Below the pieces are notes generated by a model. That model did no database searches and had not been told where the DNA came from. It was given only the letters and a program-made list of their open reading frames with translations. Both the position numbers and the translations under genes were made by a program. DNA of 24,000 nt from Flavobacteriales bacterium. Lineage in GTDB: Bacteria > Bacteroidota > Bacteroidia > Flavobacteriales_F > PHOS-HE28. The stretch lies in NCBI GenBank assembly GCA_016702645.1, contig JADJDP010000033.1, forward strand, positions 5,716 through 29,715, in the 5' to 3' direction. How positions within the stretch are numbered: position 1 is the first letter of the stretch; every line of letters starts with the position of its first letter. Below are positions 8,646-15,799 of the stretch, one piece after another.

Positions 8646-9980
8646 ATGAAGAAGAAAGACCGAAAGATCTTCGTACTCGACACCTCCGTGATCCTGTACG
8701 ACCACTCGGCCATCACCAGCTTCGAGGAGCATGATGTGGCCATACCGATCCAAGTACTCGAAGAACTCGACACCTTCAAAAAAGGGAACGACACCATCAA
8801 CTACGAGGCCCGCGAATTCATTCGACGCCTCGACGACATAGCGAAACTCGATGTCCTCACGGACTGGCAACCCCTGAACGGCGCCTCGCATGGCAAGTTC
8901 AAGGTGGTGGCGAAGCATGACCTCAACGGGGTCGATGCCACCAAGGTGTTCCAGGATGGCAAGAACGATCACCAGATCCTCAATGCCACGCTCACCATCC
9001 AGCGGCAGAACAAGGACCGCAAGGTCATCCTTGTCACGAAGGACATCGCGCTGCGTCTGAAGGCAAAGAGCCTCAACATCATCTCGGAGGATTACCTCAC
9101 CGGGAAGGTGCGGAACGTGAACGATCAGCTCTACACGGGTCGCACCGTCGTGGACGACTTCCAAGAGGAGGCCATCGACAAGTTGTTCGAACGCGGAAGT
9201 TTGTCCGTGTCGGAAATGGGCATCGAAACACCCAAGGGCAATCACTTCTACATCCTCAAGCACAAGAAGAAGAGCATCCTGGCCAAGTACGATCCGCGCA
9301 CAAGCACCGTGGACCGTGTTGAGAAGAAGAACATCTACGGCATCGGTCCCAAGAACGCGGAGCAGGCCCTGGCGATGAGCGCGCTGCTGGATCCCGAGAT
9401 CAAGCTCGTGACACTGCAAGGTGCTGCTGGTACCGGAAAGACCCTGCTTGCGCTCGCATGTGCGTTGGAACAGCGCCGCGAGTACCGCCAGATCTACGTC
9501 ACGCGCCCGGTGGTGCCGCTCAGCAACAAGGATATCGGCTACCTGCCCGGCGACATCCAGAGCAAGATGGATCCCTACATGCAGCCGCTGTGGGACAACC
9601 TGAAGCTCATCAAGGGCACCTTCGAGAAGCACGATAGCACACCGAAGCGCATCGATGAGATGCTGGAGAACGACAAGATCTCCATCGCTCCGCTCGCCTA
9701 CATCCGCGGTCGCAGCCTCAGCAACATCTTCTTCATCGTGGACGAGGCGCAGAACCTCACCCCCTTGGAAGTGAAGACCGTGATCAGTCGTGCAGGGGAA
9801 GGGACCAAGATCGTTTTCACCGGGGACATCCACCAGATCGATTCACCCTTCCTGGATTCGGAGAGCAATGGCCTCAGCTACCTGATCGACAAGGCCAAAG
9901 GCGACCCGCTCTTCGCGCACATCACCTTGGAGAAAGGCGAGCGCAGCCCGCTGGCGAACCTGGCCAACGACCTTTTGTAG
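8646..9980 (+). CDS. PhoH2-type protein: N-terminal PIN domain fused to a PhoH-like P-loop ATPase (YlaK family)
   Basis: PIN-like N-terminus KIFVLDTSVILYD...QVLEELD...ILVTKD. Walker A GAAGTGKT and Walker B FFIVDEAQNL. PhoH signature ...KIVFTGDIHQID. Confidence 0.9.
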   Translation: MKKKDRKIFVLDTSVILYDHSAITSFEEHDVAIPIQVLEELDTFKKGNDTINYEAREFIRRLDDIAKLDVLTDWQPLNGASHGKFKVVAKHDLNGVDATKVFQDGKNDHQILNATLTIQRQNKDRKVILVTKDIALRLKAKSLNIISEDYLTGKVRNVNDQLYTGRTVVDDFQEEAIDKLFERGSLSVSEMGIETPKGNHFYILKHKKKSILAKYDPRTSTVDRVEKKNIYGIGPKNAEQALAMSALLDPEIKLVTLQGAAGTGKTLLALACALEQRREYRQIYVTRPVVPLSNKDIGYLPGDIQSKMDPYMQPLWDNLKLIKGTFEKHDSTPKRIDEMLENDKISIAPLAYIRGRSLSNIFFIVDEAQNLTPLEVKTVISRAGEGTKIVFTGDIHQIDSPFLDSESNGLSYLIDKAKGDPLFAHITLEKGERSPLANLANDLL

Positions 9981-9992
9981 GATAGGAAGTCA

Positions 9993-10035
9993 CCAAAGAA
10001 GAACGCCTCCCAGATCGGGAGGCGTTCTTCTTTGG
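9993..10035. terminator. Bidirectional rho-independent terminator between convergent genes
   Basis: Perfect 19-bp inverted repeat ccaaagaagaacgcctccc / gggaggcgttcttctttgg with a 5-nt loop. Both arms have T-rich/A-rich distal ends. It lies between the stops at 9980 (+) and 10089 (-). Confidence 0.85.
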
Positions 10036-10088
10036 TTTGGTGGACAATTTTCCCAGTGAACCCAGCGCTCTGGTGGAGGAGAAGGAGT

Positions 10089-10481
10089 TCAGAACAACTC
10101 CGCTACCTCCACGAACTTGAAGTCCAAGCGGAAGAGGCTCTCGTAGTCCTTGCCTGTCTCGGCCATTTCCTCGTCACCGGTCTCGTAGTGCCAGTTCACC
10201 TGCACTTGCTGCCCGCGCTCGTTCACGGCGTTCAGCTTGCTGAAGATGTTGTAGAGGGGCTTGGATGAACTGGTGTCCAGGTAATCCAGCCGCATGTGCA
10301 CCGTGGTCTGCTCTCTGGGAGCTTCGAGATATTCCTCGATCCAGCGGTACACCCGCGCATAGAACTGCTCGGAGTTGTGCGGAAGTGAGCGACCGATGAA
10401 TTCCAGCAAGCCCTGATCCAGGTCCAGATCGATCTGCGGGGATGTTTCGGTACGGTCGATGTGGAAGCGCTTGTTGGACAT
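10089..10481 (-). CDS. DUF1987 / SiaC-like small regulatory protein
   Basis: The 130-aa sequence FHIDRTETSPQIDLDLDQGLLEFIGRSLPHNSEQFYARVYRWIEEYL...VHMRLDYLDTSSSKPLYNIFSKL matches my recollection of the DUF1987 pattern (I.G.S.PEN...FY.P...W...Y......L.F.L.YFNTSSSK). Not checked against a database. Confidence 0.7.
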   Translation of the reverse strand: MSNKRFHIDRTETSPQIDLDLDQGLLEFIGRSLPHNSEQFYARVYRWIEEYLEAPREQTTVHMRLDYLDTSSSKPLYNIFSKLNAVNERGQQVQVNWHYETGDEEMAETGKDYESLFRLDFKFVEVAELF

Positions 10482-10576
10482 GGGAACGGACCCTTCGGCC
10501 CGTGCCCCAAAAATGGATCGCCATGCGCCCCCTTTTCGATCGCACGCCCGATGCGCATCAACACGCTGTGGTTCAA

Positions 10577-10611
10577 AAGAGAAAAGGCCGGGAGTTCCGG
10601 CCTTTTCTCTT
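10577..10611 (-). terminator. Rho-independent terminator of the minus-strand three-gene operon
   Basis: Perfect 15-bp stem aagagaaaaggccgg / ccggccttttctctt with a 5-nt loop. On the minus strand the 3' arm is U-rich and is followed by UUG. It begins 13 nt downstream of the stop at 10624. Confidence 0.8.
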
Positions 10612-10623
10612 GCAGAAGCGATC

Positions 10624-11034
10624 TTATCGCTTCATGTATTCGGTGATGATCTCCTGGTCGCTCGGCAGCACGATCTCGGTGTCGTTGGCGCGGCGCACCC
10701 AGTACAGGTATTTGCCGCTACCCTCGCAGGCGAAGGCGTTCATGCTCTCCGAAGGACCCAACGCGCGCACCGGGAAGGTTCGCCATGTTCCGTTCTTCTC
10801 CTGCACGGCCACTTTCACTTCGATCACGTCGCGACAGGTGTTCTTCAGGTCGATCTGGTAGGTCCCGCTCCAGTCGCGCTTGTATCCTTCCACATAGCTC
10901 TCACACTTTTCGCAGGGTGCGCCCCAGCGGCTGTTGGTCTTGATCAGACAATCGGAGTAGCTCTGGTCCTGCGCGCTTGACCAAAAAGCCACCAACAACA
11001 ACACGATGAGCAACAGGGTCTTCTTCAGTGTCAT
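10624..11034 (-). CDS. Small exported Cys-containing protein, unknown function
   Basis: Signal peptide MTLKKTLLLIVLLLVAFWSSAQ. The ATG overlaps the TGA of the upstream TPR gene (ATGA at 11031-11034). Five Cys residues in the mature part. I recognise no family. Confidence 0.65.
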   Translation of the reverse strand: MTLKKTLLLIVLLLVAFWSSAQDQSYSDCLIKTNSRWGAPCEKCESYVEGYKRDWSGTYQIDLKNTCRDVIEVKVAVQEKNGTWRTFPVRALGPSESMNAFACEGSGKYLYWVRRANDTEIVLPSDQEIITEYMKR

Positions 11035-11564
11035 TTGCAACGGTTGTTCTTGAGGATGATGCGGGCTTCGCCATTGCCCATGCGTTGGCTGGTCTTCCAA
11101 TCCTTGCATCCGCCTTCGGCATCGCCGCCGGCTTTGCGCGACCAACCGCGGTTGTTGAAGGCTTCGGCGTTCTTTGGGTCCAGGGCTATCGCTTTGTCGA
11201 AGTCGGCAATGGCCTCGGCGTGTTTCTCCATTTTGGCGTAGGCGCTTCCTCGACTGGTATATGCCCACGTATGATCCGGCTTGCGATCGATCACCGCTGT
11301 GAAGTCTGCAACGGCCTTTCCGTACTCCTTGACCAGTGTATGGCAGAAGCCCCTCTGGAGATGGGCGTTTATGTGATCGGGGCTTGCTTCGATCACCTGG
11401 CTGAAGATGTTGATGGCGGTGGAATGGTCGCCGTTCCGGTAGGCTTTCTCACCTGCCTTGTACAGGTCCCCCACGGGATCGGTGGCACGATTGTCCGCCA
11501 AGTACTGGGCGTTCGCGGCGCCGGCGAAGAGCGAAGCGGTCACGAGAACGATGGTGTAGCGCAT
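11031..11564 (-). CDS. Exported tetratricopeptide-repeat protein
   Basis: Signal peptide MRYTIVLVTASLFAGAANAQ. TPR units (AINIFSQVIEASPDHINAHLQRG, AVADFTAVIDRKPDHTWAYTSRG, AIADFDKAIALDPKNAEAFNNRG). C-terminal C.DW......G......L..N.C tail. Confidence 0.8.
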   Translation of the reverse strand: MRYTIVLVTASLFAGAANAQYLADNRATDPVGDLYKAGEKAYRNGDHSTAINIFSQVIEASPDHINAHLQRGFCHTLVKEYGKAVADFTAVIDRKPDHTWAYTSRGSAYAKMEKHAEAIADFDKAIALDPKNAEAFNNRGWSRKAGGDAEGGCKDWKTSQRMGNGEARIILKNNRCK

Positions 11565-11583
11565 GGTCGGTGTTTGCAAAGCG

Positions 11584-12045
11584 TCACTTTCTACGCGGAG
11601 GTGCCTCACGGGTTTCGCCGAGGGCGACCAGTTGCTCCTGAGCAGCCAGTATCAGCACGCGCAGGGCCTCCATGGAAGCCGCTCCACCATCATCGGACGC
11701 TGGCCGCGAGAGGTTCGATCGTCCGGTGGCACGTATGGTGTTCAGCTTGAAGATCTCCTTGCTGATGCACTGTGGGAACTCACCCTTGCAGGCGAGGATC
11801 ACGGCATCCTCCTCCACGGAATAGTGGAGGTTGTGCGCATCAAGCTGTTCCACGGGAACGACATCCTGCCGGAAGCGACCGTTGGCATCGAAGAAGTCGA
11901 AAATGAAGTTGTCCCGCCGGTCGATCTTGACCTGCACGGTGCCAGCGAACCGGTCGTTGACGGCCGCGAGCTCGTTCGTAGCGATCTGGGCGCACAGTTG
12001 CGCGGAAACTGTCGAGTAGAGGAGTACGAGGAGGATGCGTTGCAT
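11584..12045 (-). CDS. Exported hypothetical protein (153 aa)
   Basis: Signal peptide MQRILLVLLYSTVSAQLCAQ. First gene of the minus-strand operon. The longer 408-aa ORF call is the antisense shadow of the 12100..13341 gene. Confidence 0.55.
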   Translation of the reverse strand: MQRILLVLLYSTVSAQLCAQIATNELAAVNDRFAGTVQVKIDRRDNFIFDFFDANGRFRQDVVPVEQLDAHNLHYSVEEDAVILACKGEFPQCISKEIFKLNTIRATGRSNLSRPASDDGGAASMEALRVLILAAQEQLVALGETREAPPRRK

Positions 12046-12099
12046 GGTGATAACCAATGGGCGCCGTGCTACGTTGAAGAGCGCCACAGGTTCCCGATC

Positions 12100-13341
12100 A
12101 TGCCCTCGCTCCTCCGTTCCGGTTTCCGCAATGCCCTGCTCATGGCCATCCTTGTTGGTCCCATGTTCGGCTTCGCTCAAGGCAAGTTCACGGTGAACGG
12201 CCGGATGAAAGTGGAGGGGGGAAGCATGGAAGGGGCTCGTGCGGTTGTGTACAAGGATGGGGTGAAGGAGCGTACGATCACCACCAGTTTGGCCAAGTTC
12301 ACCCTGGACCTGGGACTGAACTCGAACTACGTCATCTCCTTCGAACGCGATGGCTTCGTGTCCAAGAAGATCTCCTTCAATACCAGTGTGCCCGCGGATG
12401 CGGTGGCCAACGGGTTCACTCCTTTCGATTTCGCCGTATCGCTCTTCAAGCAGTACGATGATGTGAACATCGTGGTCTTCAACCAGCCAGTGGGTGTTAT
12501 CCGCTACGAACCCAGTGTGGGGGACTTCGACTACGACACCGACTACACCAAATCCATCCAATCCCAATTGAACGAAGTGGTGGAGCAAGTGGAGAAGAAG
12601 AAGAAGGAGGAGCAGGAGCGCGATGCGAGCAAGTTGAAACAGGAGGCTGAAGCCATCAAGGCGAAACAGCGGGCCGAGGAAGAAGCCAGGAAGCAAGCAA
12701 CAGCGCAGCAAGCCGCTGAGGCCAAGGCCAAGGCCGAAGCCGACCGCCAGACCGCCGCACAACAAGCCGCTCAAGCCAAGGTCGATGCCGAGAACCAACG
12801 AAAAGCGCAAGCGGAAGCGAAGGCCGAAGAAGCCCGTCAGGTAGCGGCTCGCAGAGAGGAGGAAAAGCGCAAAGCCGCAGAAGCCGCTGCAGCTTCCGCT
12901 GTCAAGCCAGTACCTCCTGCGCCCGAACCCAAGAAGGAACGAACACCACCTGCGCCACCGCCTGTGCCCGTGCGCAACTCGCTCGCATCAAAACCGAACG
13001 AAGGACAAGATGGTCGCAGAACATCGGTGCCGGTGATGGTGGAGGAAGCTTCGCGCATGGCCAAGGCCGTTGCGGTGGAGCAGAACGAGGAACGACCAGC
13101 GGAGATCGTTGAGGAACCGATCGTCAACCGCACCGAAGACCTGCTCGTGGAGAGTGGCAAGGTCACCACGGTCGTAAAACTGGAATCGGAGGGAGTGACC
13201 ACCGAATACCGCCGGGTCTATCACAAATGGGGCGGCACGTTCTTCTTCAAGAACGGCGCAACGTGTACCCAGCAGGTGTACGAGAATGAAGCGCTGGCAC
13301 CACAACTCGCCGGTGCAAGCCCACGCGGCAAGTTGGATTGA
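12100..13341 (+). CDS. Envelope protein: signal/anchor, CarboxypepD_reg-like beta-sandwich, Ala/Lys/Glu/Gln coiled coil (TolA-like composition), Pro-rich linker and a KWGG-FFFKNG C-terminal module
   Basis: N-terminus MPSLLRSGFRNALLMAILVGPMFGFAQG. KFTVNGRMKVEGGSMEGARAVVYKDG is CarboxypepD_reg-like. Low-complexity AEAKAKAEADRQTAAQQAAQAK, then PVPPAPEPKKERTPPAPPPVP. The C-terminal module is shared with the ORF at 3..1034. Confidence 0.75.
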   Translation: MPSLLRSGFRNALLMAILVGPMFGFAQGKFTVNGRMKVEGGSMEGARAVVYKDGVKERTITTSLAKFTLDLGLNSNYVISFERDGFVSKKISFNTSVPADAVANGFTPFDFAVSLFKQYDDVNIVVFNQPVGVIRYEPSVGDFDYDTDYTKSIQSQLNEVVEQVEKKKKEEQERDASKLKQEAEAIKAKQRAEEEARKQATAQQAAEAKAKAEADRQTAAQQAAQAKVDAENQRKAQAEAKAEEARQVAARREEEKRKAAEAAAASAVKPVPPAPEPKKERTPPAPPPVPVRNSLASKPNEGQDGRRTSVPVMVEEASRMAKAVAVEQNEERPAEIVEEPIVNRTEDLLVESGKVTTVVKLESEGVTTEYRRVYHKWGGTFFFKNGATCTQQVYENEALAPQLAGASPRGKLD

Positions 13342-13361
13342 TCCGGACCTACTTTTCGGGC

Positions 13362-13892
13362 ATGAGCACGCGCACGTATTTGCGTGATGGCAGGGCCCCC
13401 ATACCCAAGGACGAGCGCACGAGTGCGCTGATGAGCCGCATCCGCAGCAAGGACACGGCACCGGAGCGGGCAAGGCGCGCGCTGCTGGCTGCGGAGGGGA
13501 TCAAAGGCTATCGACTGAACCACGCGACAACACCCGGTCGCCCTGACATTGCTTTTGTCGGGCGCAAGGTGGCCGTGTTCGTGCATGGCTGCTTCTGGCA
13601 CGGCTGTCCGCATTGCTCACCGCAGAAACCCAAGAGCAACAGTGCATGGTGGAAGCACAAGCTTGGGGCCAACAAGGCGCGTGACCTGCGAAAGACGCAA
13701 GCCCTCCGCACTTTGGGATGGAGCGTGACGACGATCTGGGAATGCAGGTTGCGAGCAACACCCCAGGTCCAGGTGAAGCGTGTGATCAGCGCGCTCTCCC
13801 GTCGGGCGGGCGACGACCGAACAAGCGACGGAAGAAGCGCTGTTCGAACTCCCAGAAAAACCGGAACTGGCCCAAGAGGGCGCCGTAGATGA
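13362..13892 (+). CDS. vsr: Very-short-patch repair (T:G mismatch) endonuclease Vsr, with an unusual ~46-aa basic C-terminal extension
   Basis: Aligns by eye with E. coli Vsr: SRIRSKDTAPE, PGRPDIAF, VFVHGCFWHGC, PKSN..WW..K...N..RD and GWSVTTIWECRL. Family homology ends near 13751, but the ORF runs to 13892. Confidence 0.85.
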   Translation: MSTRTYLRDGRAPIPKDERTSALMSRIRSKDTAPERARRALLAAEGIKGYRLNHATTPGRPDIAFVGRKVAVFVHGCFWHGCPHCSPQKPKSNSAWWKHKLGANKARDLRKTQALRTLGWSVTTIWECRLRATPQVQVKRVISALSRRAGDDRTSDGRSAVRTPRKTGTGPRGRRR

Positions 13893-14130
13893 GCAGGATC
13901 AGGTTGTAGATGGGCAGGATCAGTACGTAGTACAGTACGCTGAAGAGCAGGGGCTGCTCGCCGTCGCTCCCTGATGCCCATGCCACCAGCGGACGCTTCA
14001 GGAACATGACCGTGAATCCGGTGCAGGCGAAGGCCAAAAGGATGATGAGGACACGCGAAGGAGAGACGCCCCATCGCTTGCCCAGGCGCTCCATCCAACC
14101 GGCCTTCTTCATCGTGACCTCTTCGTTCAT
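13786..14130 (-). CDS. Small two-TM membrane protein of the Bacteroidota family sometimes annotated DUF6787 or diacylglyceryl-transferase-like
   Basis: LGKRWGVSPSRVLIILLAFACTGFTVMF...LYYVLILPIYNLILLIYGALLGQFRFFWEFEQRFFRRLFG. The GQFRFFWEFE motif is recalled from Flavobacteriia homologs. An alternative start is the ATG at 14112. The 3' end overlaps the vsr ORF by 107 nt. Confidence 0.65.
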   Translation of the reverse strand: MNEEVTMKKAGWMERLGKRWGVSPSRVLIILLAFACTGFTVMFLKRPLVAWASGSDGEQPLLFSVLYYVLILPIYNLILLIYGALLGQFRFFWEFEQRFFRRLFGRRPPDGRAR

Positions 14131-14211
14131 CTGCGGTGCGAAGATCGCAGCCGCAGAACATCGATCACACCCCGTGCATCAGAATACCACGATCAGGGTA
14201 TCGTTGCGGCG

Positions 14212-15321
14212 CTAGTCCACCCATTCGGCCAGGAAGAGGTTGGTCTCGCGGGTGCCACCGTTGTTGCGGTTGCTGCTGAACACGAGGTGTCGCCCGTCCG
14301 GGCTGAAGACGGGGAACGCATCAAAGGTGTCGCCGTAGCTGACCTGCTCCAGACCGGTACCATCGATGTTCACCATGAAGAGCGTGAATGGGAAACCACG
14401 TTCGCTCTTGTGATTGGTGGCGAAGATGACCTTCTTGCTGCTTGGGTGCCAAAAGGGAGCCCAGTTCGCTTTGCCCAAATCGGTGATCCTACGGGCATCG
14501 CTGCCATCGGCATTTGCAACGAAGAGTTCCATGTTCGTAGGCATCACAAGCCCTTCCTTCAACAACGCTTTGTACTCGACTTCTTCCTCCGGCGTCTTCA
14601 AGCGGGACGCACGCCACAACAACTTGGTCCCGTCAGGACTGAAGAACGCACCGCCATCATACCCCAGCGTATTGGTAACCCGACGTACATCGCTGCCGTT
14701 GATCTTCATGGTGTACAGGTCCATATCGCCATCGCGCATGCTCGTGAACACGATGCGATCGCCTTTGGGGGAAACAGTAGCCTCCGCATCATAGCCCTCA
14801 GTGGTCGTAAGGCGTTTGCGGATCTTCCCGGTAAGGTCGCTCACGTAGATATCGAAGCTGGGATAGATGGGCCACACGTACTTGCCATCGGCACGGCGCT
14901 CCGGGGTGGCAGGACAGGTGGCGTTGTGCTCGTGCGTGCTGGCGAAGAGCACCAGGCTATCGCCGGGGAGAAAGTAGCTGCAGGTGGTGCGGCCCCCTTC
15001 CACGCTGATCAGGGTGGGCTTGCTCGTACGCAGGTCGTCCTTGAACGGATCGAAGACGTGGATCTGGTCGCAGCTTTCTCCCCATTTCGGGTTCGTGCTC
15101 TGGAAGATCAACTTGCTGCCACTGAAGCTCCAATAGGCCTCGGCATTATCACCGCCGAAGGTGAGCTGCTTCAAATGCTTGAAGTGCTTCTCCTGTGGAT
15201 GGATCAGCGAATCACCAGCGGCGGACCAAGCGGTCGCTTGAGTATCAGGAACGACGATGGCTTGACGAGGTGCGGCGCAGGTGAGCGCTACGAGGGGGAG
15301 GAAGAGGAGGGAACGGATCAT
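14212..15321 (-). CDS. Periplasmic TolB-like PD40 (WD40-like) beta-propeller protein
   Basis: Signal peptide MIRSLLFLPLVALTCA. LKQLTFGGDNAEAYWSFSGSKLIFQS, followed by repeated ...SPDG..L.F.S.R... blades (SPKGDRIVFTSMRDG, FFSPDGTKLLWRASR, VFSPDGRHLVFSSNRN). Confidence 0.85.
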   Translation of the reverse strand: MIRSLLFLPLVALTCAAPRQAIVVPDTQATAWSAAGDSLIHPQEKHFKHLKQLTFGGDNAEAYWSFSGSKLIFQSTNPKWGESCDQIHVFDPFKDDLRTSKPTLISVEGGRTTCSYFLPGDSLVLFASTHEHNATCPATPERRADGKYVWPIYPSFDIYVSDLTGKIRKRLTTTEGYDAEATVSPKGDRIVFTSMRDGDMDLYTMKINGSDVRRVTNTLGYDGGAFFSPDGTKLLWRASRLKTPEEEVEYKALLKEGLVMPTNMELFVANADGSDARRITDLGKANWAPFWHPSSKKVIFATNHKSERGFPFTLFMVNIDGTGLEQVSYGDTFDAFPVFSPDGRHLVFSSNRNNGGTRETNLFLAEWVD

Positions 15322-15570
15322 GAGGTGGGCAAGCGGGCCGCGAAACTATCCATGGCCGTGCCATACGATCGTCATGACAATTGCAGATGTGTTCCCTGGG
15401 AAGCAGCGGATGTGTCATGCGGCTCCGAGTTATCCACCGTTCCTTGCGAACGCCTTTTCTCGCGCATACATTCGTCCTGTCGTTCTTTCCATCGTCCAGT
15501 ACGAGCATCTTTCACCCAGCCCTCATGGACCGGGTGTCTACGAGAAGCCCATACAGGCCATCTGTTCATC

Positions 15571-15741
15571 GGAACCAACAATTTCCATCAGGGACCGCAC
15601 CCTCGGTGGTCTACGGCGGGCCTCAGGCACTTTCGGGTGTTTCCCTTCGGGGACAGGAGGATTACGGAAGCCATCATCGCGGTCCCGCCCATGTGATACC
15701 ATGGGTTCCTTGAACGTGGCCCTGTGTGGGCTTTTTTTTGG
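15571..15741 (+). ncRNA. Candidate structured RNA or 5' leader ending in a short GC stem plus U8, upstream of queE (class unknown)
   Basis: Nested helices GGAACC (15571-15576)/GGUUCC (15704-15709) and GGGACCGC (15591-15598)/GCGGUCCC (15679-15686). UCCC(UUCG)GGGA hairpin at 15642-15653. CCCAUG/CAUGGG hairpin at 15688-15705. GCCC/GGGC stem at 15719-15731 followed by T8 at 15732-15739. No plausible CDS here. Confidence 0.3.
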
Positions 15742-15799
15742 CGGTTGACACCGATGTCGGTGCTCACCGGACCACTTGCTCCGTCGTTCCTTTGCCGCC

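Noticed and set aside
8571-9833. 420-aa ORF antisense to the PIN-PhoH gene. Similar long antisense ORFs lie at 14287..15696, 6273..7304, 3521..4414, 1943..2668, 4798..5502 and the 12046..12810 part of 11584..12810.
   Set aside because: These are typical shadow ORFs of GC-rich coding DNA. They lie exactly opposite genes with strong family motifs, give Arg/Gly/His/Val-rich low-information peptides with no recognisable motifs, and their extents track the sense gene.
12580-12900. Repetitive GC-rich DNA (gccaaggcc, gaagc repeats) that might look like a tandem-repeat locus.
   Set aside because: It is the in-frame coding sequence of the AEAKAKAEA/QQAA low-complexity coiled coil of the 12100..13341 protein.
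15571-15741. Assignment of the queE-upstream structure to a known preQ1 riboswitch class.
   Set aside because: I could not find the short P1 hairpin plus A-rich tail of preQ1-I, and nothing I can recall of preQ1-II or preQ1-III matches. It is reported only as an unclassified candidate.
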